Shown piece by piece: positions 28,544 through 39,504 of a stretch of 64,000 nt of DNA. The notes under the pieces are model-generated. The model was not told where the DNA came from and did not search any database. It worked only from the letters and a program-made list of their open reading frames with translations. The stretch is taken from IMG/VR virus record IMGVR_UViG_3300032226_000829, one strand, 5' to 3'. The translations under genes were made by a program, and so were the position numbers. Each line of letters begins with the position of its first letter. Position 1 is the first letter of the stretch. This DNA is from a virus (taxonomy: Duplodnaviria > Caudoviricetes).

Positions 28544-29059
28544 ATGCGAACAGACAGTTTAGGTTTACCCATATTCGATCATCATGACGCTGTAGATTTA
28601 ATTTACCAAAATAAATTATCAGTGCTCACAGATCTTCAGTTTGAATCTCATCAAGACATTGATACTTTTAATCAATCAGCACAACTCACAGGAGTGGGCA
28701 CACCTTTGAGAGTGTACAAGCCCATGCTGGTGGATGTGAAAGAATTTGACAAGTTGCTGCAGAGTGAATGGTTCATGCCAGACAGTATGAAAAAATTTGA
28801 CATTGAATCACACATATTAAACATTGCTCCCAAACATGCTCAGGCGAGAGTACAGGAGGAATTGGCAGCATTCAAACAACACAATTATTTGAATCTATTG
28901 AAATTTTTGCATTATTTGGTACAAAACATGCGTGAGAACCAAATTCTTTGGGGAGTGGGCCGAGGCAGTTCAGTGGCATCCTATGTGCTGTATCTGTTGG
29001 GTGTACACAGAATTGATTCCATCCAATATGGCTTGGACTGGCGAGAGTTCCTTAGATAA
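28544..29059 (+). CDS. Stand-alone fragment homologous to DNA polymerase III alpha (DnaE)
   Basis: WGVGRGSSVASYVLYLLGVHRIDSIQYGLDWREFL matches DnaE GPGRGSAAGSLVAY.LGIT.IDP..Y.LLFERFL; promoter TTGACA-N17-TAATAT at 28497. Confidence 0.75.
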   Translation: MRTDSLGLPIFDHHDAVDLIYQNKLSVLTDLQFESHQDIDTFNQSAQLTGVGTPLRVYKPMLVDVKEFDKLLQSEWFMPDSMKKFDIESHILNIAPKHAQARVQEELAAFKQHNYLNLLKFLHYLVQNMRENQILWGVGRGSSVASYVLYLLGVHRIDSIQYGLDWREFLR

Positions 29060-29086
29060 ATACACACATAATAGGAGACAACAAAT

Positions 29087-29386
29087 ATGGCTATCAAACA
29101 GAGTGGTAACAAAGTTTACAAGAGTATGCAGGGCAAACAGATTGATATTGATCTGTTGAGACAACGCAACGAATTAACTCCAGCTGTGGGCAATGCTAGA
29201 GTGAATGCTCGCGGTGACGAATTAGGCGCTGGTGGAAAAATTGTTCGCAAACGTGAGGAAGTTTTGGCTGATTATTACAGAGATCATCCTAAGACTGTGC
29301 CTACCACAAGAGCAAAAGCAAAAGCAGACAACACCAATGAAGAGTGGGTGGAAGATGCTGAAGGTAATTTCGTTAAGAAAAAATAA
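29087..29386 (+). CDS. Hypothetical phage protein
   Basis: AGGAG RBS; late promoter at 29056. Confidence 0.7.
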   Translation: MAIKQSGNKVYKSMQGKQIDIDLLRQRNELTPAVGNARVNARGDELGAGGKIVRKREEVLADYYRDHPKTVPTTRAKAKADNTNEEWVEDAEGNFVKKK

Positions 29387-29389
29387 ACT

Positions 29390-29749
29390 ATGAGCTCATA
29401 CAAGATTCTTGAGGGAGAATTGATTCCGATCAAGGATCGTGTGATTGTGAGCGACATGAGTTTCGATTCTATAACCACCAAAGGTGGCATCATATTGAAT
29501 TCAGATGATGGCAAGGTGCATGGTATCAAACCTAGATGGGCCAAAGTGTACGCCAAAGGCAAGGACAACACAGATGAATACACTGTGGGTGATTGGATTT
29601 TAGTGGAGCATGGCAGATGGACCAGAGGTGTCAAAATCAAAACCAACCACACAGAACAAGTGCTGCAGATGGTGGAAGCCAAAAGTGTTATGATTTGGTC
29701 AAAAGAAAAACCAGAAGAATCCTACGTGAACAAAGAAAATCAACTCTAA
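29390..29749 (+). CDS. groES: GroES-like co-chaperonin
   Basis: LIPIKDRVIV...TTKGGIIL...VYAKG...VGDWIL. Confidence 0.8.
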   Translation: MSSYKILEGELIPIKDRVIVSDMSFDSITTKGGIILNSDDGKVHGIKPRWAKVYAKGKDNTDEYTVGDWILVEHGRWTRGVKIKTNHTEQVLQMVEAKSVMIWSKEKPEESYVNKENQL

Positions 29750-29789
29750 AATACTTGACTTTCCACACAATCTGTCATATACTGATGGT

Positions 29790-29957
29790 ATGAAATTTCC
29801 TGAAACTAGAAATCCTGGATTAAACACCACTGGTGTGTTGGGGATCACATTGATGATATTGCATATCATAGGATATCTTATGGGATGGTGGTGGATGTTG
29901 ATATACATACCTTTGATACTGTCAGGCATGGGACAAGAATTTTTAAAAAGGAACTAA
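29790..29957 (+). CDS. 55-aa membrane protein (not in ORF track)
   Basis: Promoter TTGACT-N17-TATACT (29755-83), ATG 6 nt later; hydrophobic; TAATG overlap with the next gene. Confidence 0.6.
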   Translation: MKFPETRNPGLNTTGVLGITLMILHIIGYLMGWWWMLIYIPLILSGMGQEFLKRN

Positions 29958-30874
29958 TGAAAGAACTTTGGACAGAAAAATACAGACCTAAAACACTGGA
30001 TCAATATGTGTTTAGAGATGAACATCAGAAAAAACAAATTCAAACTTGGGTCAAAGACAAGAGCATTCCTCATTTATTGTTCAGCGGCAATGCTGGCATA
30101 GGCAAAACCACATTGGCCAAGATACTATTGAATGAATTACAAGTGAATGATCTGGATGTGTTGGAAATCAACGCCAGCAGAACAAACTCTGTGGATGATG
30201 TTAGAGCAAAAATTGTTAACTTTGTGCAGATGATTCCGTTTGGTGATTTTAAGGTGGTATTGTTGGATGAAGCAGACTATCTATCTCCCAACGCACAGGC
30301 AGCACTGCGTGGTGTGATGGAAGAATATCACACAACATCAAGGTTTATATTAACTTGCAACTATCCCAACAGAGTTATACCAGCATTACACAGCAGATGT
30401 CAAGGATTCCACATTGAACGTGTGGATCAAACAGAATTCACAGCCAGAGTGGCTGAAATATTAATGAAAGAAGGAGTAACTCCAGATTTAGAAACATTGG
30501 ACACTTATGTTAAAGCCACATATCCAGATCTTAGAAAGTGTATCAATGTGGTACAAATGAACGCACAGAATGGCGTGTTATTAAAACCACAAAAAAGCGA
30601 CACAGGAGAATCAGATTACAAACTGGGCATGGTAGAATTATTCAAAGCAGGTAAAATCACTGAAGCAAGGAAGTTGGTATGCAGTCAAGTGAGACCCGAT
30701 GAAGTGGAAGACATTTACAAATGGATGTATGATAATATCACATTGTTTGGTAATGACACACGCCAAGAAAAAGCTATTATAATCATAAAACAAGGACTAG
30801 TGGATCATACACTGGTGGGAGATCCTGAAATAAATCTTGCTGCCACCATGATCAAACTTTCCCATATGGAATAA
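29957..30874 (+). CDS. Clamp loader ATPase subunit (RFC small / T4 gp44-like)
   Basis: WTEKYRP, LLFSGNAGIGKTT, INAS, LLDEAD, AQAALR, SRC. Confidence 0.93.
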   Translation: MKELWTEKYRPKTLDQYVFRDEHQKKQIQTWVKDKSIPHLLFSGNAGIGKTTLAKILLNELQVNDLDVLEINASRTNSVDDVRAKIVNFVQMIPFGDFKVVLLDEADYLSPNAQAALRGVMEEYHTTSRFILTCNYPNRVIPALHSRCQGFHIERVDQTEFTARVAEILMKEGVTPDLETLDTYVKATYPDLRKCINVVQMNAQNGVLLKPQKSDTGESDYKLGMVELFKAGKITEARKLVCSQVRPDEVEDIYKWMYDNITLFGNDTRQEKAIIIIKQGLVDHTLVGDPEINLAATMIKLSHME

Positions 30875-30875
30875 C

Positions 30876-31187
30876 ATGTACAGAGCCAGTCATATATTAA
30901 TCGGTTATCAAGGTGCAATGAGATACACAGGTCCTAGAACACAGGAAGAAGCCATGTTTGAAACTGCAAGAATAAGAAATGAAATTGCTCAAGGTGTGAT
31001 CACATTTGAAGATGCTGCTGTGAAATACAGTGATTGTCCCAGCAAACAGAATCAAGGAAATTTAGGCACATTCAAACCCAGCACAATGGATCAAGATTTT
31101 ATTGCTTTTATTGACACATTACAAGTGTCTGAAGTCAGTGGAGTTTGTCCCACTGTGTACGGATATCATATTATCCGAAAAAATTAA
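30876..31187 (+). CDS. Parvulin-type peptidyl-prolyl isomerase
   Basis: ASHILI, FEDAAVKYSDCPS, GNLGTF, M...F, TVYGYHII. Confidence 0.9.
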   Translation: MYRASHILIGYQGAMRYTGPRTQEEAMFETARIRNEIAQGVITFEDAAVKYSDCPSKQNQGNLGTFKPSTMDQDFIAFIDTLQVSEVSGVCPTVYGYHIIRKN

Positions 31188-31903
31188 TCTCCGTAAATAT
31201 CCAACACTTCTTTCACAGCAGGATGACGTTCAATGTCCCCTTTGTGAAAACTCACTATATCAATGCGTTGAGCTTTGTCTGTTTTATTTAATTTTTCTAT
31301 AAAATCCAACAATCCATTATCGTGCTGTCTGTCTGCTTGATTTAAATCACCTGTCACAGCCATTTTAGATCCTTGACTCAAACGTGTGAGCAACATCTTC
31401 ATTTGACTGTGTGTGGTATTTTGACACTCATCTGCCACTATGAATGCTCGTACAAAATTCCTGCCTCGCATGAATGCCAAAGGTGCTATTTCAATCACGC
31501 CTTCATACATCATACTTCTAAGATCTTCTGTGCGAAAGTATTCTTGAAACACATCAAATATAGGACGTGTCCATGGTGCCATTTTTTCTTCCAGTGTGCC
31601 AGGTAAAAAACCAATGTCTTCATCCACACTCACTGCTGGTCTGGTGATGATGATGCGATCCACCTGTCTTTGTTTGAACATTTTGATGGCCACCTGAACT
31701 GCCAGCAATGTTTTGCCTGTGCCAGCAGGTCCCACACCGAATACAATGTCTTTGCTGGGGTCTAACAGTTTGATTAGGTAGGATTCTTGATTCTTATTGC
31801 GGGGTATTATTTGGACATCTTTTTGTTTTTCTATTTGATATTGATTAATTTTGAGTACATTATTGTGCTTGGATTGCTTTTTGAAAGCATTTTTTGAACC
31901 CAT
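31184..31903 (-). CDS. phoH: PhoH family ATPase
   Basis: GPAGTGKT, ITRPAV, GFLPG, MRGR, DECQN, GDLNQAD, RHP; AAGGAG RBS. Confidence 0.95.
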   Translation of the reverse strand: MGSKNAFKKQSKHNNVLKINQYQIEKQKDVQIIPRNKNQESYLIKLLDPSKDIVFGVGPAGTGKTLLAVQVAIKMFKQRQVDRIIITRPAVSVDEDIGFLPGTLEEKMAPWTRPIFDVFQEYFRTEDLRSMMYEGVIEIAPLAFMRGRNFVRAFIVADECQNTTHSQMKMLLTRLSQGSKMAVTGDLNQADRQHDNGLLDFIEKLNKTDKAQRIDIVSFHKGDIERHPAVKEVLDIYGD

Positions 31904-32015
31904 CGACGCTCCTTGGTTAATGGTAATGTACAAGTATTTATGGAGATTAAGTGTCTATAAAACTACCATGTTATACCTATTGCTATGGCTAAATAATGTA
32001 CATCAGGGATATAAT

Positions 32016-32525
32016 ATGCACGATACAGCAGATATTTTAAAAAATATAGAAAGCATCTACAGCAATGATAATGCTTTTGCTATTATTAAAGATTTTGAAA
32101 GAGTACTGGACGAATTGGATCTATATGTGTATGCCAATTGGCAGGATGGTGAATTGATTGAAGGACCAATCATGACCAAACATTATGTGTCCTGCAAATT
32201 TATGTGGCCTATGCTGCAAATGCCAGACCCCATGGGCGGCAAAAGATTATTGGATTATGACTGCCGAGTAACTTATAAAAAAGATCAATTGGTCACTGCT
32301 AGAAAAATTGTGGAACCTGATGATGTGAGACCAGGCACTAAAAAAGGCAAGTTGGACACTGTGCCTGTGTGGATTGTGGAAATCACCATGCCAATTAATC
32401 TTATGAAAAATATATTTGATGGCATGCAAAATCAAGTGGACTTTAATCAAGAGCCAACCAAGAACAATACCATTACTGATATTCAAGATACTGCTGCAGT
32501 TCAACCCATAAATCCAGAAATATAA
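32016..32525 (+). CDS. Hypothetical phage protein
   Basis: ATG at 32016; normal codon usage. Confidence 0.7.
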   Translation: MHDTADILKNIESIYSNDNAFAIIKDFERVLDELDLYVYANWQDGELIEGPIMTKHYVSCKFMWPMLQMPDPMGGKRLLDYDCRVTYKKDQLVTARKIVEPDDVRPGTKKGKLDTVPVWIVEITMPINLMKNIFDGMQNQVDFNQEPTKNNTITDIQDTAAVQPINPEI

Positions 32526-32526
32526 T

Positions 32527-33237
32527 ATGTCACTCAAAACAGGAGATCTTCAATACTGCGTGGATGATATTTTTGAAGTGGATTCATATCAATCCAAAAT
32601 GGGCATGGATGACAAGATTGTGGTGTTGAGTTTCAGAGTCAAACCCACACAAGCAGCAGAAGATTTGGTAAACTTTATTGAAAAAGGTTACGACTTTGTG
32701 TTGGATGCAGACAAAACCAGTGGTGAACAATCTGATGGTTACTACAGAGTATTTGTGGAGATTGAAAGAAGCAAAAAGATTGGTGCGCAAATTATGGAAG
32801 TACTGGATGGTGTAAAAAAATTATCAGATTTGAAAGAATTTAAATTTAGATACTACAAAAATTTTAGAAGTCAACCAGCAGATCAGGCCACACTGGAAAA
32901 CATTGTGCCCAAGGATGGCAATGAGTACAGCATACGCAAAAATGAAACTGCAATGGAAAATTACAAAAACTTTTTTGCCAACAGCTATGTGGATGAAGTG
33001 ATAATGGAAGGCGATCACATTGTGTTCAGTAAAAAATATGCTGAGCCATTAAGATTTAGATTTGTGGATTTTGGTATCACAGTGGACAAACTGCAAGAGC
33101 TCAAAGAAGGTTATAATTTGAACAAATTTCCTGAAATACTCTATCTCAGCAAGTACATGGGAAATTACAACATAAGTATCTATGGCAACAAATACATATT
33201 TGAAAATGATAACAAATGTGTGATACTGGAAAAATAA
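32527..33237 (+). CDS. Hypothetical phage protein
   Basis: 236-aa ORF in the same operon. Confidence 0.7.
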   Translation: MSLKTGDLQYCVDDIFEVDSYQSKMGMDDKIVVLSFRVKPTQAAEDLVNFIEKGYDFVLDADKTSGEQSDGYYRVFVEIERSKKIGAQIMEVLDGVKKLSDLKEFKFRYYKNFRSQPADQATLENIVPKDGNEYSIRKNETAMENYKNFFANSYVDEVIMEGDHIVFSKKYAEPLRFRFVDFGITVDKLQELKEGYNLNKFPEILYLSKYMGNYNISIYGNKYIFENDNKCVILEK

Positions 33238-33238
33238 C

Positions 33239-33706
33239 ATGAATCTATCAGAAAATTTTACCGTGACAGAATTTACCAAAAGTCAAACAGCAGCTCGTCT
33301 GGGTATAGACAACATGCCCACACCTGAGCATTTGGAAAATGCCAAAAGATTATTTGAAAATGTGGTACAGAGAGTGCGAGATCACTTTGGTGCCACCACT
33401 ATTAACTCTGGATACAGAGGCGCAGCACTGAACAAAGCAGTGGGCGGTGCATCCACCAGTCAACATTGCAACGGTGAAGCAGCTGATATAGAAGTGCCTG
33501 GAGTGGCCAACTATGATGTGGCACTATGGATTGAACAAAATTGTGAATATGATCAACTGATACTGGAAGCAGCCAAAAAAGATGATCCAGCAGCAGGTTG
33601 GGTGCATGTGAGCTACAAAAAAGGCAAGAATAGAAAACAAAGTCTCACAGCAGTGTTTGTGAATGGCAAACCCATCTACAGCAACGGATTAGGAGTGTAC
33701 GAATAA
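33239..33706 (+). CDS. Endolysin, peptidase M15A family
   Basis: INSGYR...NKAVGGASTSQH..GEAAD...WVHVS. Confidence 0.88.
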   Translation: MNLSENFTVTEFTKSQTAARLGIDNMPTPEHLENAKRLFENVVQRVRDHFGATTINSGYRGAALNKAVGGASTSQHCNGEAADIEVPGVANYDVALWIEQNCEYDQLILEAAKKDDPAAGWVHVSYKKGKNRKQSLTAVFVNGKPIYSNGLGVYE

Positions 33707-34191
33707 TGTTTGGATTGTTTGGATCAGCCAAATTAATCATGATAGGCATCATGGTGATAGGATTGTCTGGAGGAGTTAGTTATGTGTACAAACTCAAAGC
33801 GGACAATGCCACACTCAAAGGCAATCAGGTCAAGATGGAACAGGCCTTGGAAACACAGACCAAGTTCATCGAAGATCAAAAGAGAGACTTTGAGGCTATT
33901 ATGAAAGCCAATCAAGAAGTCAACAAGTTAGTGGGCAATCTTAAAAAAGATATCGATGACTTGGATAAAAGATTCAACAAAGGCACCAGAGACTTGGGCA
34001 AGACAGCAATGGAAAGACCTGAAGCCATGGAAAGAATTATCAACAAAGCATCAGACAAAGCACTGAGATGTGTGGAGATCGCAGGCGGTGCCAAACTTAC
34101 AGAAGCAGAAAAAACAGCCACTAAGAAATCAGAGATCAATTCCGAGTGTCCAGCCATAGCCAACCCAGCTTACAAGCCATACAACGAATAA
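33706..34191 (+). CDS. Putative inner-membrane spanin (Rz-like)
   Basis: N-terminal TM followed by a long coiled coil, next to the endolysin. Confidence 0.65.
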   Translation: MFGLFGSAKLIMIGIMVIGLSGGVSYVYKLKADNATLKGNQVKMEQALETQTKFIEDQKRDFEAIMKANQEVNKLVGNLKKDIDDLDKRFNKGTRDLGKTAMERPEAMERIINKASDKALRCVEIAGGAKLTEAEKTATKKSEINSECPAIANPAYKPYNE

Positions 34192-34192
34192 T

Positions 34193-34555
34193 ATGATTAA
34201 AATAATTTCCGTGATAGCTTTGAGTTTGTTGCTGACCAATTGCAGCATCCTTGGAGAAAAAGTGATCAAAGTGTTGACACAAGAACAGTCTCGTGAGAAA
34301 TTAAATTTCAAGACTCCCACACTGGAAGAGATGGAGAAGTTGAGATGGATAGTGATCACCAGCAACAATGCCCAAGAAGTATTTGCCAAAATGAAAGCAG
34401 AAGGATTGGATCCTGTGTTGTTTGGATTGAGTGATGAGGACTATGAATTGCTGGCTAAAAATTTTGCACAAATTCGCAGCACACTAAAACAAACCCAAGA
34501 CATATTGGATCGCTACAAAGAATACTATGAAGGAACGACTAAAACAAATAATTAA
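34193..34555 (+). CDS. Putative outer-membrane lipoprotein spanin (Rz1-like)
   Basis: Lipobox LLTNC after a signal peptide. Confidence 0.65.
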   Translation: MIKIISVIALSLLLTNCSILGEKVIKVLTQEQSREKLNFKTPTLEEMEKLRWIVITSNNAQEVFAKMKAEGLDPVLFGLSDEDYELLAKNFAQIRSTLKQTQDILDRYKEYYEGTTKTNN

Positions 34556-34901
34556 TTCCACAGTTACCGTTGCCAAAAATACATGGCCTTGTGTGAAGAA
34601 TTTCAGTACACAAGCATACAGCCAATGCAAAATTTTATTTTGTGCAATTTACAAATATTCTGTAATAATCTTCAAAAATACTTGGTCTGGCATGATGTGG
34701 ATCTACAACATCATAGCAGACATGTTTCGAAAAGTGCCAGCAGAATTGACCTATTGGCATGATGGAGTACAGAATGTGGTGCAGGTGGATGATTTTGTGG
34801 AATTGGCTCCCAATATGATACAGTATGAAGACACAGACACCAAAAAAAGAGTCAAAGTAAAAGCCGAATATCCCATCAAATATATCTTGAAAGAAAAATA
34901 A
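34527..34901 (+). CDS. Hypothetical protein
   Basis: 124-aa ORF; start uncertain. Confidence 0.5.
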   Translation: MKERLKQIINSTVTVAKNTWPCVKNFSTQAYSQCKILFCAIYKYSVIIFKNTWSGMMWIYNIIADMFRKVPAELTYWHDGVQNVVQVDDFVELAPNMIQYEDTDTKKRVKVKAEYPIKYILKEK

Positions 34902-34949
34902 ACCTTTCAATCACTTGACTTTTTATCAAAATACACTATATTATAGCAT

Positions 34950-35786
34950 ATGGATCCATACAAAGTTTTAGGTGTTGATCGCAACATCAACGAAAACGAT
35001 TTGAAAAAAGCCTACAAGAGCAAGGCCATGAAACATCATCCTGACAGAGGTGGTGATGAAAACAAATTTAAAGAACTAAACGAAGCCTACGACATACTGA
35101 AAGATCCACAAAAAAAAGCTGCCTATGACAGATACGGCACTGCAGATCCCAATCAAATGAATTCACAAAATTTTAATTTTAATGGTGATATCAATGATGT
35201 GTTCAACACATTCTTTGGTGGTGGTTTCAATAGAGCAAACAGTGCGAGACACAGACCTCGCAACGCCGACATAAACATAGAAGCCACATTGGATTTAGTA
35301 GATGTGCAAAATGGAAAATCCTTAATTGCCAGTTATAGATTACCCAACGGTCGACAGGAGAGTGTGAACATTGACATTCCGCCAGGAGTGGAACACAACA
35401 ACATGATCAAATTTAATGGTTTGGGTTCTGATTCAGTGAGCAATGCTCCCAGAGGAGATTTGATTGTGAGAGTAAAAATTCTAAGACATAAAACATGGGA
35501 AAGAGATGGCCCTCATCTACTCACAAGAATAAAAGTCAATATATTGGATTTGATATTGGGCACAAAGGAAGAAATACACACACTGTCTGGCAAGAACCTT
35601 TCAATCAGCATACCCAAAGGCACTCAGAACGGCACAGTGTTCAATGTCACAGGAGAAGGATTGCCCAATGTGCATAATCCTAGACAGAAAGGCAACATCT
35701 ATGTCACAGTGCAGGCAGATACGCCACGAGTGGATGACGCAGAATTATTACAAAAAATAAAAAATTTAAAAGATGAACTTAATTAA
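34950..35786 (+). CDS. dnaJ: DnaJ/CbpA-type co-chaperone
   Basis: J-domain with HHPDRGG, G/F region, C-terminal domain, no Zn finger; promoter at 34915. Confidence 0.92.
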   Translation: MDPYKVLGVDRNINENDLKKAYKSKAMKHHPDRGGDENKFKELNEAYDILKDPQKKAAYDRYGTADPNQMNSQNFNFNGDINDVFNTFFGGGFNRANSARHRPRNADINIEATLDLVDVQNGKSLIASYRLPNGRQESVNIDIPPGVEHNNMIKFNGLGSDSVSNAPRGDLIVRVKILRHKTWERDGPHLLTRIKVNILDLILGTKEEIHTLSGKNLSISIPKGTQNGTVFNVTGEGLPNVHNPRQKGNIYVTVQADTPRVDDAELLQKIKNLKDELN

Positions 35787-36267
35787 ATATCCTGATCAGA
35801 GACTGCAACAGACTGTAAAAGATTTTGATTTCAATTCTTTGGATGCTAAAAAAATAGAGCATGAGATGATTCAAACCATGCAAACAGAAATGGGCATTGG
35901 TCTGTCTGCCAATCAGGTTGGATTGGATGCCAAAATATTTGTGATGCAACCACACAGTGTGCTTGGAAAAACCCAACCATTTGCAGTGATAAATCCTGTG
36001 ATACAGGAAGCTTCCACAGATTTGGTTCTGATGGAAGAAGGCTGTTTGAGCTTTCCAAAATTATATCTTAAAATACTCAGACCAAACACCATAGTGGTTA
36101 AATATATTGACAGTGATCAAAAAGAATGTATAATAAAATTAGATAGAATAAATGCTAGAATTTTTTTACATGAATTTGATCATTTGTACGGTATCAACTT
36201 TATCGACAGAGTCAGCAAGTTAAAATTAGATATGGCCCTTAAGAAACAACAGAGATTGCTAAAATAA
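35773..36267 (+). CDS. def: Peptide deformylase
   Basis: GIGLSANQVG, EGCLS, HEFDH. Confidence 0.96.
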   Translation: MNLIKYPDQRLQQTVKDFDFNSLDAKKIEHEMIQTMQTEMGIGLSANQVGLDAKIFVMQPHSVLGKTQPFAVINPVIQEASTDLVLMEEGCLSFPKLYLKILRPNTIVVKYIDSDQKECIIKLDRINARIFLHEFDHLYGINFIDRVSKLKLDMALKKQQRLLK

Positions 36268-36268
36268 T

Positions 36269-38527
36269 ATGGTAGAACCCAGCGACGAACTACAACGCAT
36301 ATTTGACAAAGCAGTAGAAAATGCTGCCAAACTCAAACATGAATACATCACAGTGGAACATCTGTTGTTCTCCATGCTGTGCTATGATAAATTTGTGAAA
36401 AATTTGTCTGACTTTGGCGCAGATGCTGAATCAATCAAAAAAAATCTTGAAAAATATCTTAAGGACAATCTAAAAGAGATTGAACTGTTGGAAGTGCCTG
36501 CAAAATTCAAACCCAAAAAGACTGTGGCTGTGGAGCGAGTACTCAACAGAGCATTCACACAGGTGTTGTTCAGTGGTCGTCAACAGATTGAACTGACTGA
36601 TGTGTTTTTGAGCATGATGAGTGAAAAGAAGAGCTGGAGTTATTATTACATTGCCAAAAGCAACATCAGCAAAGACAAATTTGCTGATTTTTTAAACAGT
36701 GAATTAGAAACTGATTATGAAGCAGAAGAAAACAGTTCTGCCACTCAAAGAGCATTGAATCTATACACTACAAATTTGAATTCGGAAGCAAAAAAAGAAA
36801 AAATAGATCCCGTGATAGGTCGACATGCTGAGTTGGATCAAATTTCATTGGCTTTGGGTCGTAGAATGAAAAACAATGTGATATTAGTGGGTGATCCAGG
36901 AGTGGGTAAAACTGCCATAGCAGAAGGATTGGCATTGAACATTGTGACCAATAAGGTTCCAGACTTTTTAAAAGAGTATCAGGTGTATAATTTAGACATT
37001 GGTGCCATGTTGGCTGGTAGCAAATACAGAGGAGATTTTGAAGAAAGATTCAAAATGGTGTTGCAAGCACTAAAGAAAAAAGGCAAAACCATTGTGTTCA
37101 TAGACGAAGCACACAATATCAGCGGAGCAGGAGCAGGTGGTGGAGACAAAGGATCCAATGATTTAGCAAATTTATTAAAACCAGTGCTGACCAAAGGCAC
37201 ACTAAAAGTTGTGGCCAGTACCACTTGGGAAGAATACAGAAAATACTTTGAAAAAGATCGTGCTCTTATGAGAAGATTCCAAAGAATCACTGTGGATGAG
37301 CCCAGTCAATCAGTGGCCATAGACATATTGAAAGGTCTTAAAAAATATTATGAAAATTATCACAAAGCTGAAATCACAGATGCAGCCATTGAAGCAGCAG
37401 TAAAATTAAGTTGCAAATATCAAACTGATAAGAAATTACCTGACAAGGCCATTGATTTAATAGATCTATCTGGCAGTAGATTCAATATCAGTCCCAAAGA
37501 AAATCGTAAGATTGATGTGGCTGAAGTAGAATTTGAATTAAGTAAACTGATCACCATGCCTGTGGAAAACATTCAACAGAGAGAGAACAGCAACTTGGTA
37601 CATCTTGAAAAAAATTTAAAATCTGAAGTGTACGATCAGGATGAAGCTATTGACAATATTGTGGACAAAGTGTTCATTGCTCAAGCAGGATTGAAAGCAG
37701 AAAATAAACCCATAGGTTCATTTATATTCATGGGACCAACTGGATGTGGTAAAACAGAGACAGCCAAGCAACTCAGCAAACATTTGGGAGTAAAATTGAT
37801 AAGATTTGACATGAGTGAATATCAAGAAAAACACAGTATCAGCAAACTGATTGGATCCCCTCCAGGTTATGTGGGCTATGAAGAAAATGCTGGATCATTG
37901 ATTACAAAATTACAAGAATCACCCAACTGTGTGTTACTGTTGGATGAAATAGAAAAAGCACATCCTGATATTTCACAAATATTGCTTCAGATTATGGATG
38001 AAGGCACAGTGACTGGCAGCAACGGCAAAGTGGCTGACTGCAGGAACATTATGTTGATATTAACCACCAATCTTGGTGCTGAACAGGCAGAAAAAGGCAG
38101 TATAGGTTTTGCTCAGTACATGGATGAAGCATATTCTGACACAGCATTAAAAAAATTCTTCACGCCTGAATTTAGAAACAGATTGGATGCTGTGGTCACA
38201 TTCAAAAAATTAGGCAAACCTACCATGATCAAAATTGTGGGCAAATTCTTGACCGAATTAAAAAAATTCTTAACTGAAAAAAATATTCAAGTAACAGTGT
38301 CTGATGAAGCCATTGATTATCTTGTGGACAAAGGATTTGATCCTAAAATGGGTGCTAGACCCATGCAGAGAACCATTGACAGAGAAATTAAAAAACCATT
38401 GTCAAGAGAACTGCTGTTTGGTGCTTTAAAAAAGGGTGGAAAACTTGTGATCAATGCCAAAGACAATAAAATAGTATTAGAAGTGTCGAATTCGTCGCAG
38501 ACCATAGAAATCGCCACAAACATCTAA
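36269..38527 (+). CDS. clpA: ClpA-type AAA+ unfoldase
   Basis: N-domain [46 protein letters not shown]; no ClpB middle domain. Confidence 0.93.
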   Translation: MVEPSDELQRIFDKAVENAAKLKHEYITVEHLLFSMLCYDKFVKNLSDFGADAESIKKNLEKYLKDNLKEIELLEVPAKFKPKKTVAVERVLNRAFTQVLFSGRQQIELTDVFLSMMSEKKSWSYYYIAKSNISKDKFADFLNSELETDYEAEENSSATQRALNLYTTNLNSEAKKEKIDPVIGRHAELDQISLALGRRMKNNVILVGDPGVGKTAIAEGLALNIVTNKVPDFLKEYQVYNLDIGAMLAGSKYRGDFEERFKMVLQALKKKGKTIVFIDEAHNISGAGAGGGDKGSNDLANLLKPVLTKGTLKVVASTTWEEYRKYFEKDRALMRRFQRITVDEPSQSVAIDILKGLKKYYENYHKAEITDAAIEAAVKLSCKYQTDKKLPDKAIDLIDLSGSRFNISPKENRKIDVAEVEFELSKLITMPVENIQQRENSNLVHLEKNLKSEVYDQDEAIDNIVDKVFIAQAGLKAENKPIGSFIFMGPTGCGKTETAKQLSKHLGVKLIRFDMSEYQEKHSISKLIGSPPGYVGYEENAGSLITKLQESPNCVLLLDEIEKAHPDISQILLQIMDEGTVTGSNGKVADCRNIMLILTTNLGAEQAEKGSIGFAQYMDEAYSDTALKKFFTPEFRNRLDAVVTFKKLGKPTMIKIVGKFLTELKKFLTEKNIQVTVSDEAIDYLVDKGFDPKMGARPMQRTIDREIKKPLSRELLFGALKKGGKLVINAKDNKIVLEVSNSSQTIEIATNI

Positions 38528-38552
38528 CAGCATACAAGGACTAAATATACGT

Positions 38553-38915
38553 ATGCCAGCATACAGCGAAACAATATTAACAGCACAAAACCATCCCAAT
38601 GACAGCACATCCACCACTGTCACAGGACAGCAATACAAAGGCGACGGATATTATGGTCGCAGTGATGGATTTCACACAGTGCAGTTGACTGTGACTGATT
38701 TTGTGGGTACCATAGTGATACAAGCCTCATTGGCCACTGAACCCACTGCCACAGATTGGTTTGATGTCACAGGCACTGCACACACCAGCACCAACAATGC
38801 TCATGCAAATGCTGATGGTAGTTTTTTTTATAATTTTACCGGTAATTTTGTGTGGATCAGAGCCAAAGTGGTGTACACAGCAGGCGATATAGCATCAATC
38901 AAACTGAATCACTAA
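38553..38915 (+). CDS. Late, probably structural protein
   Basis: CTAAATA 5 nt upstream; beta-rich. Confidence 0.6.
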   Translation: MPAYSETILTAQNHPNDSTSTTVTGQQYKGDGYYGRSDGFHTVQLTVTDFVGTIVIQASLATEPTATDWFDVTGTAHTSTNNAHANADGSFFYNFTGNFVWIRAKVVYTAGDIASIKLNH

Positions 38916-38916
38916 T

Positions 38917-39504
38917 ATGCAACATTTTTTCAGCATCATAGGCAAAGACATCAATCCAGAATCATTGTTGAACACAGCAATGAGCGAGAGCGCTATTGGA
39001 TTGTTGGAAGACCAAACCACATATGAGATTTTTGAGGATGAAGATGACAATCAAGTATTGCGAGTGGAACTGCACAGATCATTGGATTCGACTGAAGCAG
39101 ATGAATTGGCAGAAAGTTTAAACGAAAAACTGAAAGCCATGGGATTGAATGAATTTGACATTGAAATCAGCACTGACGAAACATTGGATGAAGAAACACT
39201 GGAAGGTGACGATTTTCATTCAGCCTATGATGTGATGTGGTTCAATGAAGATGAAAATTTAGATGAAGCAGAATACAGAGGACGCAAAGTGCCTTTGGGT
39301 AAACCCATGCGTGGTGATCGAAAAAAATTTAAAGTGTATGTGCGAAAACCCAACGGCAATGTGGTCAAAGTGAACTTTGGTGATCCCAACATGAGAATTA
39401 GAAAATCCAATCCAGCAAGACGTAGAAGTTTTAGAGCAAGACACAACTGTGCTAACCCAGGTCCAAGAACAAAGGCCCGTTATTGGAGTTGTCGCAAATG
39501 GTAA
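38917..39504 (+). CDS. Acidic N-region fused to a basic C-terminal domain (candidate head-internal protein)
   Basis: ENLDE|AEYRGRKVPLGKP...VNFGDPNM...RRRSFRARHNC...ARYWSCRKW. Confidence 0.65.
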   Translation: MQHFFSIIGKDINPESLLNTAMSESAIGLLEDQTTYEIFEDEDDNQVLRVELHRSLDSTEADELAESLNEKLKAMGLNEFDIEISTDETLDEETLEGDDFHSAYDVMWFNEDENLDEAEYRGRKVPLGKPMRGDRKKFKVYVRKPNGNVVKVNFGDPNMRIRKSNPARRRSFRARHNCANPGPRTKARYWSCRKW

